DNA of 64,000 nt, from the NCBI GenBank assembly GCA_010356995.1, contig ML996687.1:1365803-1429802 (forward strand), written 5' to 3'. The position numbers and the translations under genes are program-made. The notes under the pieces were generated by a model, which was given only the letters and a program-made list of their open reading frames with translations, searched no databases and was not told where the DNA came from. Source of the DNA: Trichodelitschia bisporula (lineage: Eukaryota). Below, piece by piece: positions 24,385 through 35,425 of this stretch. Position 1 is the first letter of the stretch; each line of letters begins with the position of its first letter.

Positions 24385-25028
24385 TTGAGCGTGTGGGATC
24401 GGTTTGTCGGGGTGGTGAGACGGGGTGTATCACTGTGTGGCGAATGGGGGTGGTGCAAACAGATTACCTTCAATCTATGTTGGTTGACCCGGAAGGGGAG
24501 GGATGATGGTGTTGTGGCTCTCTCTCTGGAGGTGCATTCCCCGTTTAGACGGGACGAGATGAAAGATGTGGAGTTTGAGTGGAAGGCTCGCAGAGGGCAA
24601 TAAGCGGTGTTTAGGTGAAAGAAAGAGGAGAACAGGAGGATACGAGACCAGGAGAGGAAACGGACTGAGACGCACTTGGTGACGGTCCCTAGCAACCCTT
24701 CTGGCCCATCATGATCATCCCCAGCTCCACCCGTCCCCCCCCCAAGAAAAAGATGACGTATGTCGCCCAGAAGCAGCAATGAGACCGGCGCGGCCCGTGA
24801 CAAAGCATCACCTCAGACGCTTGGAGAGACTCTTGGCCTTCTGGGCGCATCACTCCACCACTAGACTGAGCTGGATCGTTGATTGTTTGCATGACCAAGA
24901 ACACTCTGCCTGCACTGTTCTTTCATCTCACCACACTCTCACCACTCATCATCGTCACCTCTTATCGACATCTACCTCGGCTACCGTACCTCCTGCAGCA
25001 CGTCGCTGAGATGTGAATCGGACGACTC

Positions 25029-26086
25029 ATGAGACTCTTGTCGATAACTCCCTTCATCTCCCTGGTCCAGGCCGTCGCTCTGTCTCCTCCCGCCCCGCAG
25101 ATCCCTATTCTCCGCCATGGCAACAACGACAGTGTGTCGTTGCAACTCTTCGACGAGCTTGAGGAGCTTGCGCGCATCGTGGACATCACCTACTGCGTTG
25201 GAATGACAGGCCTAGGCATCCGCAAGCCGTTCGAATGTGCCAGCCGGTGTAAAGACTTTCCGGACTTCGAGCTGGTCTCTGTAGGTCTCGCGACTTATCA
25301 ACGGTGGAGTCAGAGAGGCTAATTTGTCATTAGATGTGGAATACCGGCCCTTTGCTGTCAGACTCCTGCGGCTACATTGCCCTCTCACACAACTCTTCGC
25401 GCGTCATCGTAGCCTTTCGCGGAACATACTCCATCACCAACACCATCGCAGACCTCTCCGCCATGCCGCAGGAATTTGCGCCATACCCAGGAGGCAAGGG
25501 CGAAGACACGCCCAAGTGCGAGAACTGCACCGTCCACACTGGCTTCTATGCATCGTGGAAGAACACGCGCGACGAGATCCTGCCGTTCATTGAGGCGGCG
25601 CTGATGGAGCATCCGTCGTATGCTCTGACGCTTGTCGGACACTCGCTGGGAGGAGCGGTGGCAGCCTTTGCAGGCATCGAATTACTGTCCCGGGGATTCA
25701 AGCCATCCGTGACGACGTTTGGCGAACCGCGCATCGGGAATGAAGCGTTTGCGCGCTACGTCGATGCGCGATTCAACGGTCGTGACTACCGCCGGGTGAC
25801 GCATGTTGGCGACCCCGTGCCACTCCTACCGCTGGAGGAATGGGGATACGTACCGCACGGGAATGAGATATTCATCTCCAAGTCGGAACTACCACCTGGC
25901 CCTGAAGATGTTCATCACTGCAACAGCACCGCAGAGGCGCGCTGCATCGATGCACCTACCGAAGGCTGGTTCCCCTCTCGCTTCAAGCTTTGGGAGTTGT
26001 TCTTTTCGCATCGCGATTATTTCTGGCGTCTGGGCCTTTGTATTCCTGTAGGAGAGCCGTTCTGGGGACGGCCCGGCGATGAGTAG
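25029..26086 (+). CDS. Secreted class 3 triacylglycerol lipase
   Basis: Signal peptide; intron ~25281-25334; motifs VAFRGT, VHTGF, GHSLGG, TFGEPRIGN, DPVPLLP and HRDYF. Confidence 0.92.
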
Positions 26087-26720
26087 TATGACCTGACGAC
26101 GGTTGATGGATTGCCTTGATTTCACTACTGCATGGATACCCCGTGGTCTTTTACTTCCGAGCGGCATATGGGAGCAAGTCACGTCTTTTGTGTTTTCGTC
26201 GCATCGGAGTACTGCTGGCAATTGTGGGACACTTTGGGCTCTTCGCCCGAGTCTGGACTTTTTGTTCGTTGGTGGGTTCGCTGGCAGACATGACGAATAG
26301 CATGATGGGAGCCACGACGAGGTGTGGCAATGGCAGTTTGGCACGTCTTTTGGCCAGTCCTTCCCGTGTCACAGACTGTTTGACAACCGATCTTCACTAT
26401 TTCGGGCCGCGCAGTTGTCAATTGACATTCACACTCCCGCTGTCCCAATTGACGCCTTACTCTCTGTATCACTTCTCTCCCGCTCACCCCACTCCATTCA
26501 CGCACTCGCCCATTCCCAGCGCCAACATCAAGGCGATCCACCCATCGACCACCCCGCCCCACCCCACCACCCAAGCGTCATGCACTCCCCACCGCTCTGC
26601 CCTCCCACTCGGCGCCCGCAACGTGCCTCCACACCAGCACCACGCACCTAAACACCAAAAAACCATGACCCCACCTTACCATACATAACCAGCCCCCACT
26701 GAGACAAAAACCAGCAATAT

Positions 26721-28361
26721 ATGCCGCACCTCACGCTCCCCCCGCCCCGGCGCATCCTCCTCCTCCCTCTCTCCATCGCCAAAGCAGCAATGGCCCTCTT
26801 CCTCCTCAACCTCGCCTACCTCACCGCCCTCCTCCTGTGCACGTCGCGGCTAGCACTGCGCATTGCCTCCCGCGCGCGCCGCACCCGGTCCGTGCCGAGG
26901 AAGCGCTCGACGGTGCTGCTTACCGGGTCTGATCCCGCGGTCCTGGCTACTGCGCGCGCGCTCAAGAGCGAGGGGCACATCGTGCTCATCGCGGACACAG
27001 AGCGTCTGCCGTACCTCAATGCGCTCCGCTACTCCCTCGCCGTATCGCGTTTCATCCGCCTCCCCGCCCCCGTGCCTCCAGCGAAAGGACGCAAAGGCCT
27101 CTTCGCGCGCCTGCCCTTCCGCGACCCGAAGCCGAGCCCGCCGCTCTCCGCCCTCCTGCCGAAGCTCATAACCGCCCACAACATATCCCTTTGGATTCCC
27201 TTCTCGCTCCCAGGCCCCCGCACCTCCCACGAAGCCACCTCCTCCGCCGTCCGCACCTCCACATTCTGCTCCATCATCTCCCCCTCCCCCGCAATCAGCA
27301 CCCTGTCCAAACCCCGCCCCTTCGCCGCCTTCGTCTCGAGCCTAGAAACCGGCATCCGGGTTCCCAAGCCCGAAACCGTAAACAGCCGGGCCGAGATCCA
27401 TTCGCGTCTCTGGGCGGCGAAGCACGCACCTTTCGTGCTCACGCGGCAACCGCGGAGAAGGGATAGCGGGATGGCGAGTCCGCTGCGGGCCGCGCTACCT
27501 GCGCTCACTACCTCGAACCCCGGCCCGGCCGGGGCCGAGCGCGAGGCCGAGACCAAGACCCTGACCCTCCCGCCCGCTGGGTCGGCGGCGCCGGTGGATG
27601 CGTGCTACGCCGCCGTAGCGGTCTTGCCGATTTCCCCCGCCCAGCCTTGGGCTATGGCGCGCGTGCTCAGCGGTGTGCCGGCTGTGGCTTCGGCGCTGAT
27701 TTCCCGCGGCCGCGTGGCTGTGTTCTCGGCGTCCACTTCCGCTACTCCCCTGACCTACATCCCGGGCCAGGCGGAGCCCGCGCCCGTGCTCGCCGACATG
27801 ACACCTGTCGCGGCAGACAGCAAAGTCAGCGCTGCGCTGCTTAGCTTCGTGCGTGCATGGGCAGCGGGCCTGAATCGGTTGGAGGGTGGGGAAGGGGCGT
27901 TCCATGCGAGCTTTAAGTTCCTCGTGGAAGAGGGGGAGGGGGAGAGGGTTTGGCCGCTGGGCGTGAGCTTCGACCCCGCGCCCGCGCTTGCGCTGCAGGC
28001 TGCTGCGGACCCGAAGGCTGCGCGGGTGCTGGGCGCGGCGTATGCAGCTGCGGCTGCGGGCGCGTTGGATGGGGAGACGCTCCTCCTCCCTCGTGCCGGG
28101 AAGGCGAGACGGGCATACAGCCTCCCGCCTTCGGTGCTGAATCTCGTGGTGAGGCCGTGGGTGCGGATGTGGCTGCTCCAGGAGAGTCCAATGGGGGTGC
28201 TGAGGGGGTGGAAGCGGATGGCGGAGCGGGTGCTGGGCGGCGAGTGGAGGGAGGAGATGTGGAGTGCTCGGGATCCCGGGCCGTGGGTTTGGCGGTGGGG
28301 GGTGCAGACGCCGGTTGAGTGGAGTTTGGGGGGGGTGGGGTGGGCTTTTGGGAGACGGTAG
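26721..28361 (+). CDS. Divergent ATP-grasp-like protein (MysC-like N-terminus), probable pseudo-enzyme
   Basis: 546-aa intronless ORF with an N-terminal hydrophobic helix, TVLLTG..LATARAL..GHIVLIAD...RYSLAVSRF..LPAP and C-terminal RDPGPW. Confidence 0.6.
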   Translation: MPHLTLPPPRRILLLPLSIAKAAMALFLLNLAYLTALLLCTSRLALRIASRARRTRSVPRKRSTVLLTGSDPAVLATARALKSEGHIVLIADTERLPYLNALRYSLAVSRFIRLPAPVPPAKGRKGLFARLPFRDPKPSPPLSALLPKLITAHNISLWIPFSLPGPRTSHEATSSAVRTSTFCSIISPSPAISTLSKPRPFAAFVSSLETGIRVPKPETVNSRAEIHSRLWAAKHAPFVLTRQPRRRDSGMASPLRAALPALTTSNPGPAGAEREAETKTLTLPPAGSAAPVDACYAAVAVLPISPAQPWAMARVLSGVPAVASALISRGRVAVFSASTSATPLTYIPGQAEPAPVLADMTPVAADSKVSAALLSFVRAWAAGLNRLEGGEGAFHASFKFLVEEGEGERVWPLGVSFDPAPALALQAAADPKAARVLGAAYAAAAAGALDGETLLLPRAGKARRAYSLPPSVLNLVVRPWVRMWLLQESPMGVLRGWKRMAERVLGGEWREEMWSARDPGPWVWRWGVQTPVEWSLGGVGWAFGRR

Positions 28362-28678
28362 GGATGTAGATGTGATGATTGACGGCTGGGTTGGGTTTTG
28401 CATAGCATTGCGGGGAAATGGTTGGCTAGGTATATGATGACGATTTTTCATGCTTTATGTCTTGATGCTTGGGTATGCCCTGCTCGCCATGAGCCTGTTC
28501 TGTGCCATGCGGATATCGACTATCACCGTATCCCCTGTTCTCCACTCCAGTCGCCGACGCTCAGCGCTCTGCATATCGCTCACGTATTCGAGTCGTTGTC
28601 GAGCCGTCGTGTCAAGGCAGCATATCAATACCGTCGCGTCGAGCCCTCATATCGTACCGTATTGAGCCGTCGAGCCGT

Positions 28679-29078
28679 CTAGTCTGCAGAAATGTACATC
28701 ACTGCCCCTATTAGCTTTGTAGGGAGGAAGAGGGGTGGGCAAGAAAGACATACCATTATTCCCCCGAATAAACGCATCGCCATACGTTCTCAGCACGCGT
28801 CCGTTGACATACTCGCGCGTCTGCTCGAGCGCGATATTCATGTACCCATCGACACTTTGCAACTCCCCTAGCACACGTTAACATCACCCCATGAAAGACG
28901 CAAGAAACACAAAAAAAAACGAAGACATAGTCCGTAGTACGCGACGTGCGGGGGACGCGAGAGGTGGTAGCTCACCCTTGTACACAACCCCACTATTCAA
29001 CTTCACCGTAACTGGCGCGCCAATAATGGCACTCAGAAAGCCGGAGGGATCGCGCGCTTCGTTGTCGCCGTTCTCCAT
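28679..29078 (-). CDS. LSM6: U6 snRNA-associated Sm-like protein LSm6
   Basis: DPSGFLSAIIGAPVTVKLNSGVVYK|GELQSVDGYMNIALEQT..YGDAFIRGNN|VMYISAD* over two introns. Confidence 0.95.
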
Positions 29079-29435
29079 ACTGCACTGTTTGGGGGGGTCG
29101 ACGCGAGATGGTATGAGGTTGTACGCGGGGTAGACTAAGGACCCGAGAGGTTTGGACTTGGACTGCCCGTGACTGCTTGTACCGCTCGAACTGCTTGGCC
29201 CGCTTGGCCATGATCATTTGGGGGTTATGTAAGCGCCGAGATGCTGGGGTGGAAGGCTTGGCGCGGCTGAAGTTTGGGGGATGGGGGAGTGGTGGAGTGG
29301 TGGAGAGGATGGGAGGGAGAGTGGGGGTTTTAGGGGTTTCGGATGGGAGGATAGGACGGTGTTGATGGGTTGTTTCCGGCTGAGTTGACGATGCTGTCCG
29401 CATACAGTAGCGGACATCGACGCAACCCGGCCAGG

Positions 29436-29572
29436 GACGGCTCTGGATATATCACCACCCACGAGGCTAATCTTGTAGGAGAAGTTACAATATGCTCTTC
29501 AGTCTACAACAGCAGCTGTACAATCGAATTCTAGCGGTGTGAAAAGTGTTACACCACCTTTCTCACAGGATG
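29436..29572 (+). repeat. Dispersed repeat copy B (~80% identical to 18853-18990, opposite orientation)
   Basis: Direct manual alignment with copy A. Confidence 0.85.
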
Positions 29573-29990
29573 GAACTCTGCTCCACTTCCAACGGACTCG
29601 CTTTCTTGCCCTGAACTTCTTTCTGTCAAGGATCGAGTCTCCAGCAAGGGGGGGGTACAGTATCTCCATAGACAAAATCACCGCTACGGTAGATAGTATC
29701 CATGAGTCTGATCGCATCCCTCCTGGAAAACGTCTCTGTCAAGCGTGATCGCCTCCAACCACTTCATGAGCCGCTGCTTGCTCTATCGCAGGAAGAAGAG
29801 TGCCGCTGGGAAGTGATTCCACAAGTGCCAGCTGAGCCTCTCGAAGATGTCCTCGATCAGAAACTCCAGCATCATGCGGATCGCAAAGTCTGCCTGTTGC
29901 AACTAATATGGCCCCAAACGCCGGTATGATGTCCGCCCAACGCCATCCCAATGCCCAACCATCCGTTCTCGTATCACACCATGCATACCC

Positions 29991-30598
29991 TCACGTACCC
30001 TTCTTCTTCTCTTTCTCATCATCCGCACACCCACAATCATAAAAGTCCCCAATCTTCGAACAATCAAACTGCGGCTTTTTCAACCTCTTATTCACCACAT
30101 TATGCACATGACACCCCCAGCCAGCAGCAACATTACGCCCATCGACCTGCGGCGGAAACTGCTTGAGGACCTCGCCAAAGTGCTCCGCGCATTCGCCACT
30201 GCCTTCATCAGCAAAGAGTCCTTGAGGCATCCGGCCTAAACATACCACGGATACAACCGCTGAAAAAGGTGAATATACGACCTTAGCGCCTCACTTTCAT
30301 CCTTTGTCGGCTTCTCCGGAAACCGCGCCAGCGTCGTGTGCAGCACCTTCCACGCCGCGCGCCCGAGCTCGGCCTTTATAGTCTCGTTCCCGAGCCGCGG
30401 CGCTATAGCGTGTCCGCTTAGATCTGGCTGTGAGTATAATGCGCTGGCTACGCCAGCTGCGTTTCCTGCGCGCTGCCCGGCGGGTGGTGTGTGTTGGTAG
30501 GAGTGGAGAAGGAGGAAGGTGAAGAGGACGGCGGCGACGAGGGCGAGGAGGCCGGTGCGGCGGGTGGGGCGGGAGAGGGATCGCGAATACATGTCCAT
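29991..30598 (-). CDS. ERV2: FAD-linked sulfhydryl oxidase Erv2
   Basis: N-terminal TM segment, AELGRAAWKVLH, YP|CGEC (CxxC across an intron), CHVHNVVNKRLKKP and C-terminal YDCGC. Confidence 0.93.
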
Positions 30599-31095
30599 GG
30601 CGAAGTGAGGGGAAGTCGAGTGAGCGTAGCGGACGTAGCAGGTGTAGCGGGGTAGTGATGGTGGTGATGCGGCGCTCGTTGCCAGTGAAGCAGGCGATGT
30701 GGCCCGTCGCAGTCGGTGCGGCGACGTCAAACGCGGCGTCCAGGTGGCAGATCCCCAATCCGACCTCAGTCAGCGGCGCGCCGGTCCGCGCTAGCCCGAA
30801 GCGGAATCCGCAACACAGCCTTGCGCGGCTTTGTGATGGGGGTGGACTCGAAGCCCGGCTGTTGGTTCGTTGCAAATGGTTCCAGTCACTTATTTCAGCG
30901 TTGCAGTTACAGCCCCGGCCCGCCTCGCGTGTGAGTTGCGGTTCGGCGCAACGCGGGCGGTGCTTCCCGGCGGGAGCGGGTGTCGCCGATGTCGGACTGG
31001 GCGTGTGTGCGCCCCGTGGGGAAAATTCCCCCCAGATTTCACACCGGAGCCTCAACGACATCATTTTACCCCCGCAGCACCCTACTACAGACACA

Positions 31096-32294
31096 ATGGC
31101 TTCCTTCCCGCCCCCGCCCGTGAATACGATCGGTGCGTTGCGCGCAACTGGCCTTTCCGTCGCTAACATAGCCGCGCAGACTGGACGGACATCGGCTTCC
31201 GCATGCGCGAAGTAAACGGGCACATCGAATCGCACTACTCCGTCTCCTCGGGCAAATGGACCGAGCCCGAATTCGTCGAGTCGCCCTACCTGCGTCTGCA
31301 CGGCATGGCGCCCGCGCTGAACTACGGCCAGCAGTGCTACGAGGGGCTCAAGGCCTTTCGCGGCCCGGGCGACAAGGCCATTTCCATTTTCCGACCTGAC
31401 CTGAATGCCGCGCGCCTGCAGCACTCGGCTTCTTTTATCTCTATACCTGAAGTCCCGATCGAGCACTTCCTGCGCTGCGTGCGCCTGGCTGTTGGCCTGA
31501 ACGCCGCGTACGTACCGCCGCATGACACGGGCGCGGCGCTGTATATCCGCCCGCTGCTGTTCGGGAGCAGCGCGCAGCTCGGCCTCGCGCCGCCGCAGGA
31601 ATACACCTTTTGCGTGTTCGTCCTCCCGACCGGCGTGTACCACGGCACGGCGCCGGTGGACGCGCTGATCCTCGAGGCCTTTGACCGCGCCGCGCCGCAT
31701 GGGACAGGCTCAGCCAAGGTCGGCGGGAACTACGCGCCGGTGCTGCGGTGGAGCGAGAGCGCGCACAAGGAGGGGTACGGGATTACGCTGCACCTCGATA
31801 GCGCGACGCGGAGTGTGGTGGATGAATTCAGCACGAGTGGGTTCGTGGGGGCGAAGGTCGGCCCGGGCGGGGTGGGGGGGGGTGATGTCACGCTCGTGGT
31901 GCCGGATAGCGAGAATGTGATTGAGAGCGTGACGAGTGCGAGTGTGTGTGCTATTGCGGAGGCCTGGGGGTGGAAGGTTGAGAAGCGGCCGATTCCGTAT
32001 GAGGAGCTGCCCGAGTTTACGGAGGTTATGGCGGCGGGGACGGCGGCGGCGTTGGTGCCGATCAAGAGTATTGCGATGAAGAGTAAGGGGGATAAGTTTC
32101 TGTATCGGGAGGGGAGTGATGAGGCGGGGCCGGTGATTACGAGGTTGCTGAGCCAGCTCAAGGGGTTGCAGCTTGGGAAGGTTGAAGACAAGTTCAGCTG
32201 GCTGGACCGCGTGGAGAAGCCGGTTGAGGGGAGCTTTCTGAGGAGGGACGCGGTGGAGAATGGGAATGTGAAGGAAGTGGGCGATTTGCCGTAA
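31096..32294 (+). CDS. Branched-chain amino acid aminotransferase (class IV PLP enzyme)
   Basis: MASFPPPPVNTI|DWTDIGF; motifs LNYGQQCYEGLKA, LYIRP, SAKVGGNY (PLP lysine) and GTAA. Confidence 0.93.
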
Positions 32295-32449
32295 GCTAGG
32301 AGACCCAAGTAAGTTATACTCGGCTTCTGTGGTTTCTGTCACTGATGCCCAGGCCGACGTGTACTTAAAAAGCCCTTCATCTGCTTTCGAGGCCGATGAA
32401 TACCGTATCTTCCCCCACCACATCTTGCATTGTCTCGGCTTATTGCTTC

Positions 32450-33450
32450 CATGTACTCACCTTCCATCGGGGGCTGCCCGCGTCACTCGGTTGACATCCA
32501 GACGGAATCGGTATCCCGTACCTTTATCAGCATACGAACACTTGCCGATCGGCTCCTGGGCTTCGAGAACCGAGTTCAAATATCTGTTCACCGGTGCTTG
32601 TACATCCAACATACTCTCTTCTTTTGCCTCGATAGCCTTGTGCAGTGGTCAACCAGCTTGTAACTTCGGGAAGCCCCTGATACTCGGTTGCCTGTGCCCG
32701 TCTGCAACCTCATCTTCGTGGACAACACATCATGATCGAGTACTCTTCAACCTCTTTTTTTGCATTGCGTGATATCGACATGACCTTGGGCGATGTAGAG
32801 GCGAGGAAGGAGCAATGCTAGACGGGAAGGAACAGGAAGCACTTTATGTGCGGATAGATTGTGAGCTTCCCATATGTGCTCAGTTGCTCTAGCCATCAGC
32901 CGGGTATTCACCTCTGATAACATAACTGGAGAGCTGTTAATGGTGCGTTTTTGGGTCAGAATCTGCAGTCTCTTGCCCCGTGCTTCGTTTCAGCATCTAC
33001 GGTCCAGTTGCTCCTTCCACTTGAAACATCCCTTCCTTGTTCTCACACTCCATTGACGTCTTCAGCAGTCAGTGTGAATTTCCCGCCAATACCCCGCACG
33101 CTTTCCCGACAGTTGTCTAATGTCAATATATCACCTGGCTGATATCACTTGGGAGACATGCGGAGAGAAGATCAATCATCATCATGCACCCTTCGCCAAG
33201 CCCAATCTATATGAGTTCCAAAGTGCAACGACCCTCTCGTGACGGCTTACGCTAGGGAGACTGCACAAATCATATGCATTATCGCCTTCGGAATGCAGAG
33301 TGGCATCAGGGACCGGATAATTGTGCCCTGCCAATGCTTGTTCCATATGTTCGGACAGCATAAACCCCAGAACTTCCAAGAGCTTGATGTTGATATGTCG
33401 GCGCCTCTCGCCGCTGGTTTCGAAACATGGATAAAGGACAATAGCCTACT
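32450..33450 (-). pseudogene. Possible ankyrin-repeat gene relic
   Basis: Scattered broken-frame fragments RGADIS, RHERVVAL, VDAETKHG, TALQL, QGHVDI and PLHKAI resemble the ankyrin consensus. Confidence 0.35.
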
Positions 33451-33528
33451 GAGTCTGTTCCTGAGAAACCCTACCCGGACAAGTCAGTCGTATCTTGGAA
33501 GTACCCGACTCTCATCGCTCCCGCCAAC

Positions 33529-34631
33529 ATGACCTCCACGCGATCACTATTTGCTAGCGCACTGCTTGTGGTGCAGGCCATCGCCACACCCACTTGGTTG
33601 CGTAACGATGATGCTACTGCGGTGGCGGCTTCGGTCAACGATGTGGCGACCTTGGGATATGCTTCTGTAGCCGGAGGGTTAGCTTTACCACCTGCGTCGC
33701 CAGTGCTTGGCTAACAAGTGTAGAACGACCGGCGGCAAAGGCGGACAAGTTGTTCAGGTGTCGACATATGAGCAGCTCGCAGCAGCGGCGTCAGGCAATG
33801 AGCCCAAGATCATAGTCATCACCGGCCCGATCATGGCGGAGGCTAAGACGCGCGTGGGCTCAAACAAGAGCTTCATCGGGAAGAACTCGCGTGCCGGTAG
33901 TGCTCCCCGTTCTCCGCATAAAGCTCGCGCTAATATTCACAGAACTCATCGGCAACGGCTTCTCCATCGTCAAGTCGAAAAACGTCATCATCCGCAACCT
34001 CAAGATCAGCAAAGTCACAGCCAAGAACGGGGATGCCGTTACCGTCCAGGCCTCGACCCACGTGTGGGCCGACCATCTGGACCTGAGCTCGGACAGAGAG
34101 CATGGGAAGGACTTCTACGACGGGCTGTTCGATGTGACGCACGGGTCGGACTACGTCACGCTGTCCAACAGCCATCTACACGACCACTACAAGGCCAGCC
34201 TCGTGGGCCACTCAGAGAAGGCAGCTGAGGAAGACACCGGCCATCTGCACATCACATATGCCAACAACTACTGGACGAATATTGGCTCGCGTACGCCAAG
34301 CCTGCGCTTTGGCACCGCTCATATCTTCAACTCGCTGTTCTCGAATGTCACCGATGGCATCAATGCGCGTGATGGTGCGCAGGTCCTCGTCCAAGGGAAT
34401 GTGTTCGTCGGGATGGCCAAGCCGCTGTACAGTGTTGATAAGAAGGGCTTTGCTGTCGCGTCGAATAACCGCGTGTTGGGTCAAGGGGCCGTGGGGGGCG
34501 GTGAGAGCAAGGCGGCGTCGCTACCGTCGCCTGGAAAGTTGTCTTCTGTGCCGTACAAGTTTGACTTGATGAGTGTGGATCAGGTCCAGATGTCTAATCC
34601 GACGAGGGCAGGGAATACGCTCACGTTCTAG
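33529..34631 (+). CDS. Secreted pectate lyase (PL1)
   Basis: Signal peptide; two introns; motifs TTGGKGG, VGSNKS, NVIIRNL, GDAV, VWADH, YDGLFD and RTPSLRFG. Confidence 0.93.
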
Positions 34632-35425
34632 GGGTGGGGGGCTGCGGAATGGAGTAACCATCATGGTGTATATAACGGGTTTGTGGTTGATATCGCCGAC
34701 TTGGGACGTTGAAGTCCCTCGTCTGTCTCTCATTAATGATGTACTGACTCTGGAAAGGCATAAAAACGTAGTTGAGCAAGGCTGACTGTTGTACTTCCAA
34801 CACTGTCTTTATGTCATCTCCAGGCTAAAGTGATCAGGTTAGCCATATCACCGGAAAAATATTGCTAAAATCAACGGATGCCCAAGATCCCTCATATCTT
34901 GTACCGATGCAGACTTGAAATAAGAGAGCTTCATCCCGAAGATTCAGAACATCGGACAGAATGTGTTCAAGTGTTGTCGAGCCGATTAAGTGTTTGTAAA
35001 CACCAGGATGCAAGGGCCCAAGAGATATCGCCACCCCGCTGCTTTTTCCGATCCGACCTCCATTCCCTTGCGCCGGTCCAACTCAGACGAATCAACGTCA
35101 TTGACATCGGCCCCTAGCGCATTCCCGCCAGTCCCTGAGAAGCTACCCGGCAGTCGGAGCTGATGCGCAAATCGGCGCACGCCTAACTACCCCTCGCGTG
35201 GCGGGGTCGATCTGACAGGCGGCCGTCGGAGACCACCGCACTCATGCGCCACCTGTTTCCTTAGTGCGGCAAGATAACACTTCGCTCAAATGGAGAGCTC
35301 ACTGCTCATCAGATTTGTTCACCTTCTGCTAGATTTTGACTGAAAGACATACGGAAAGGGAGAGACAGAAGAGAGATCGAGGGGTTCGCCGATTGCAACG
35401 CCGAGTTACGAGTAAGAGGAGCGAT

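Noticed and set aside
30297..31700. 467-aa minus-strand ORF
   Set aside because: Antisense shadow of BCAT and an off-frame overlap of ERV2 in GC-rich DNA; no motifs.
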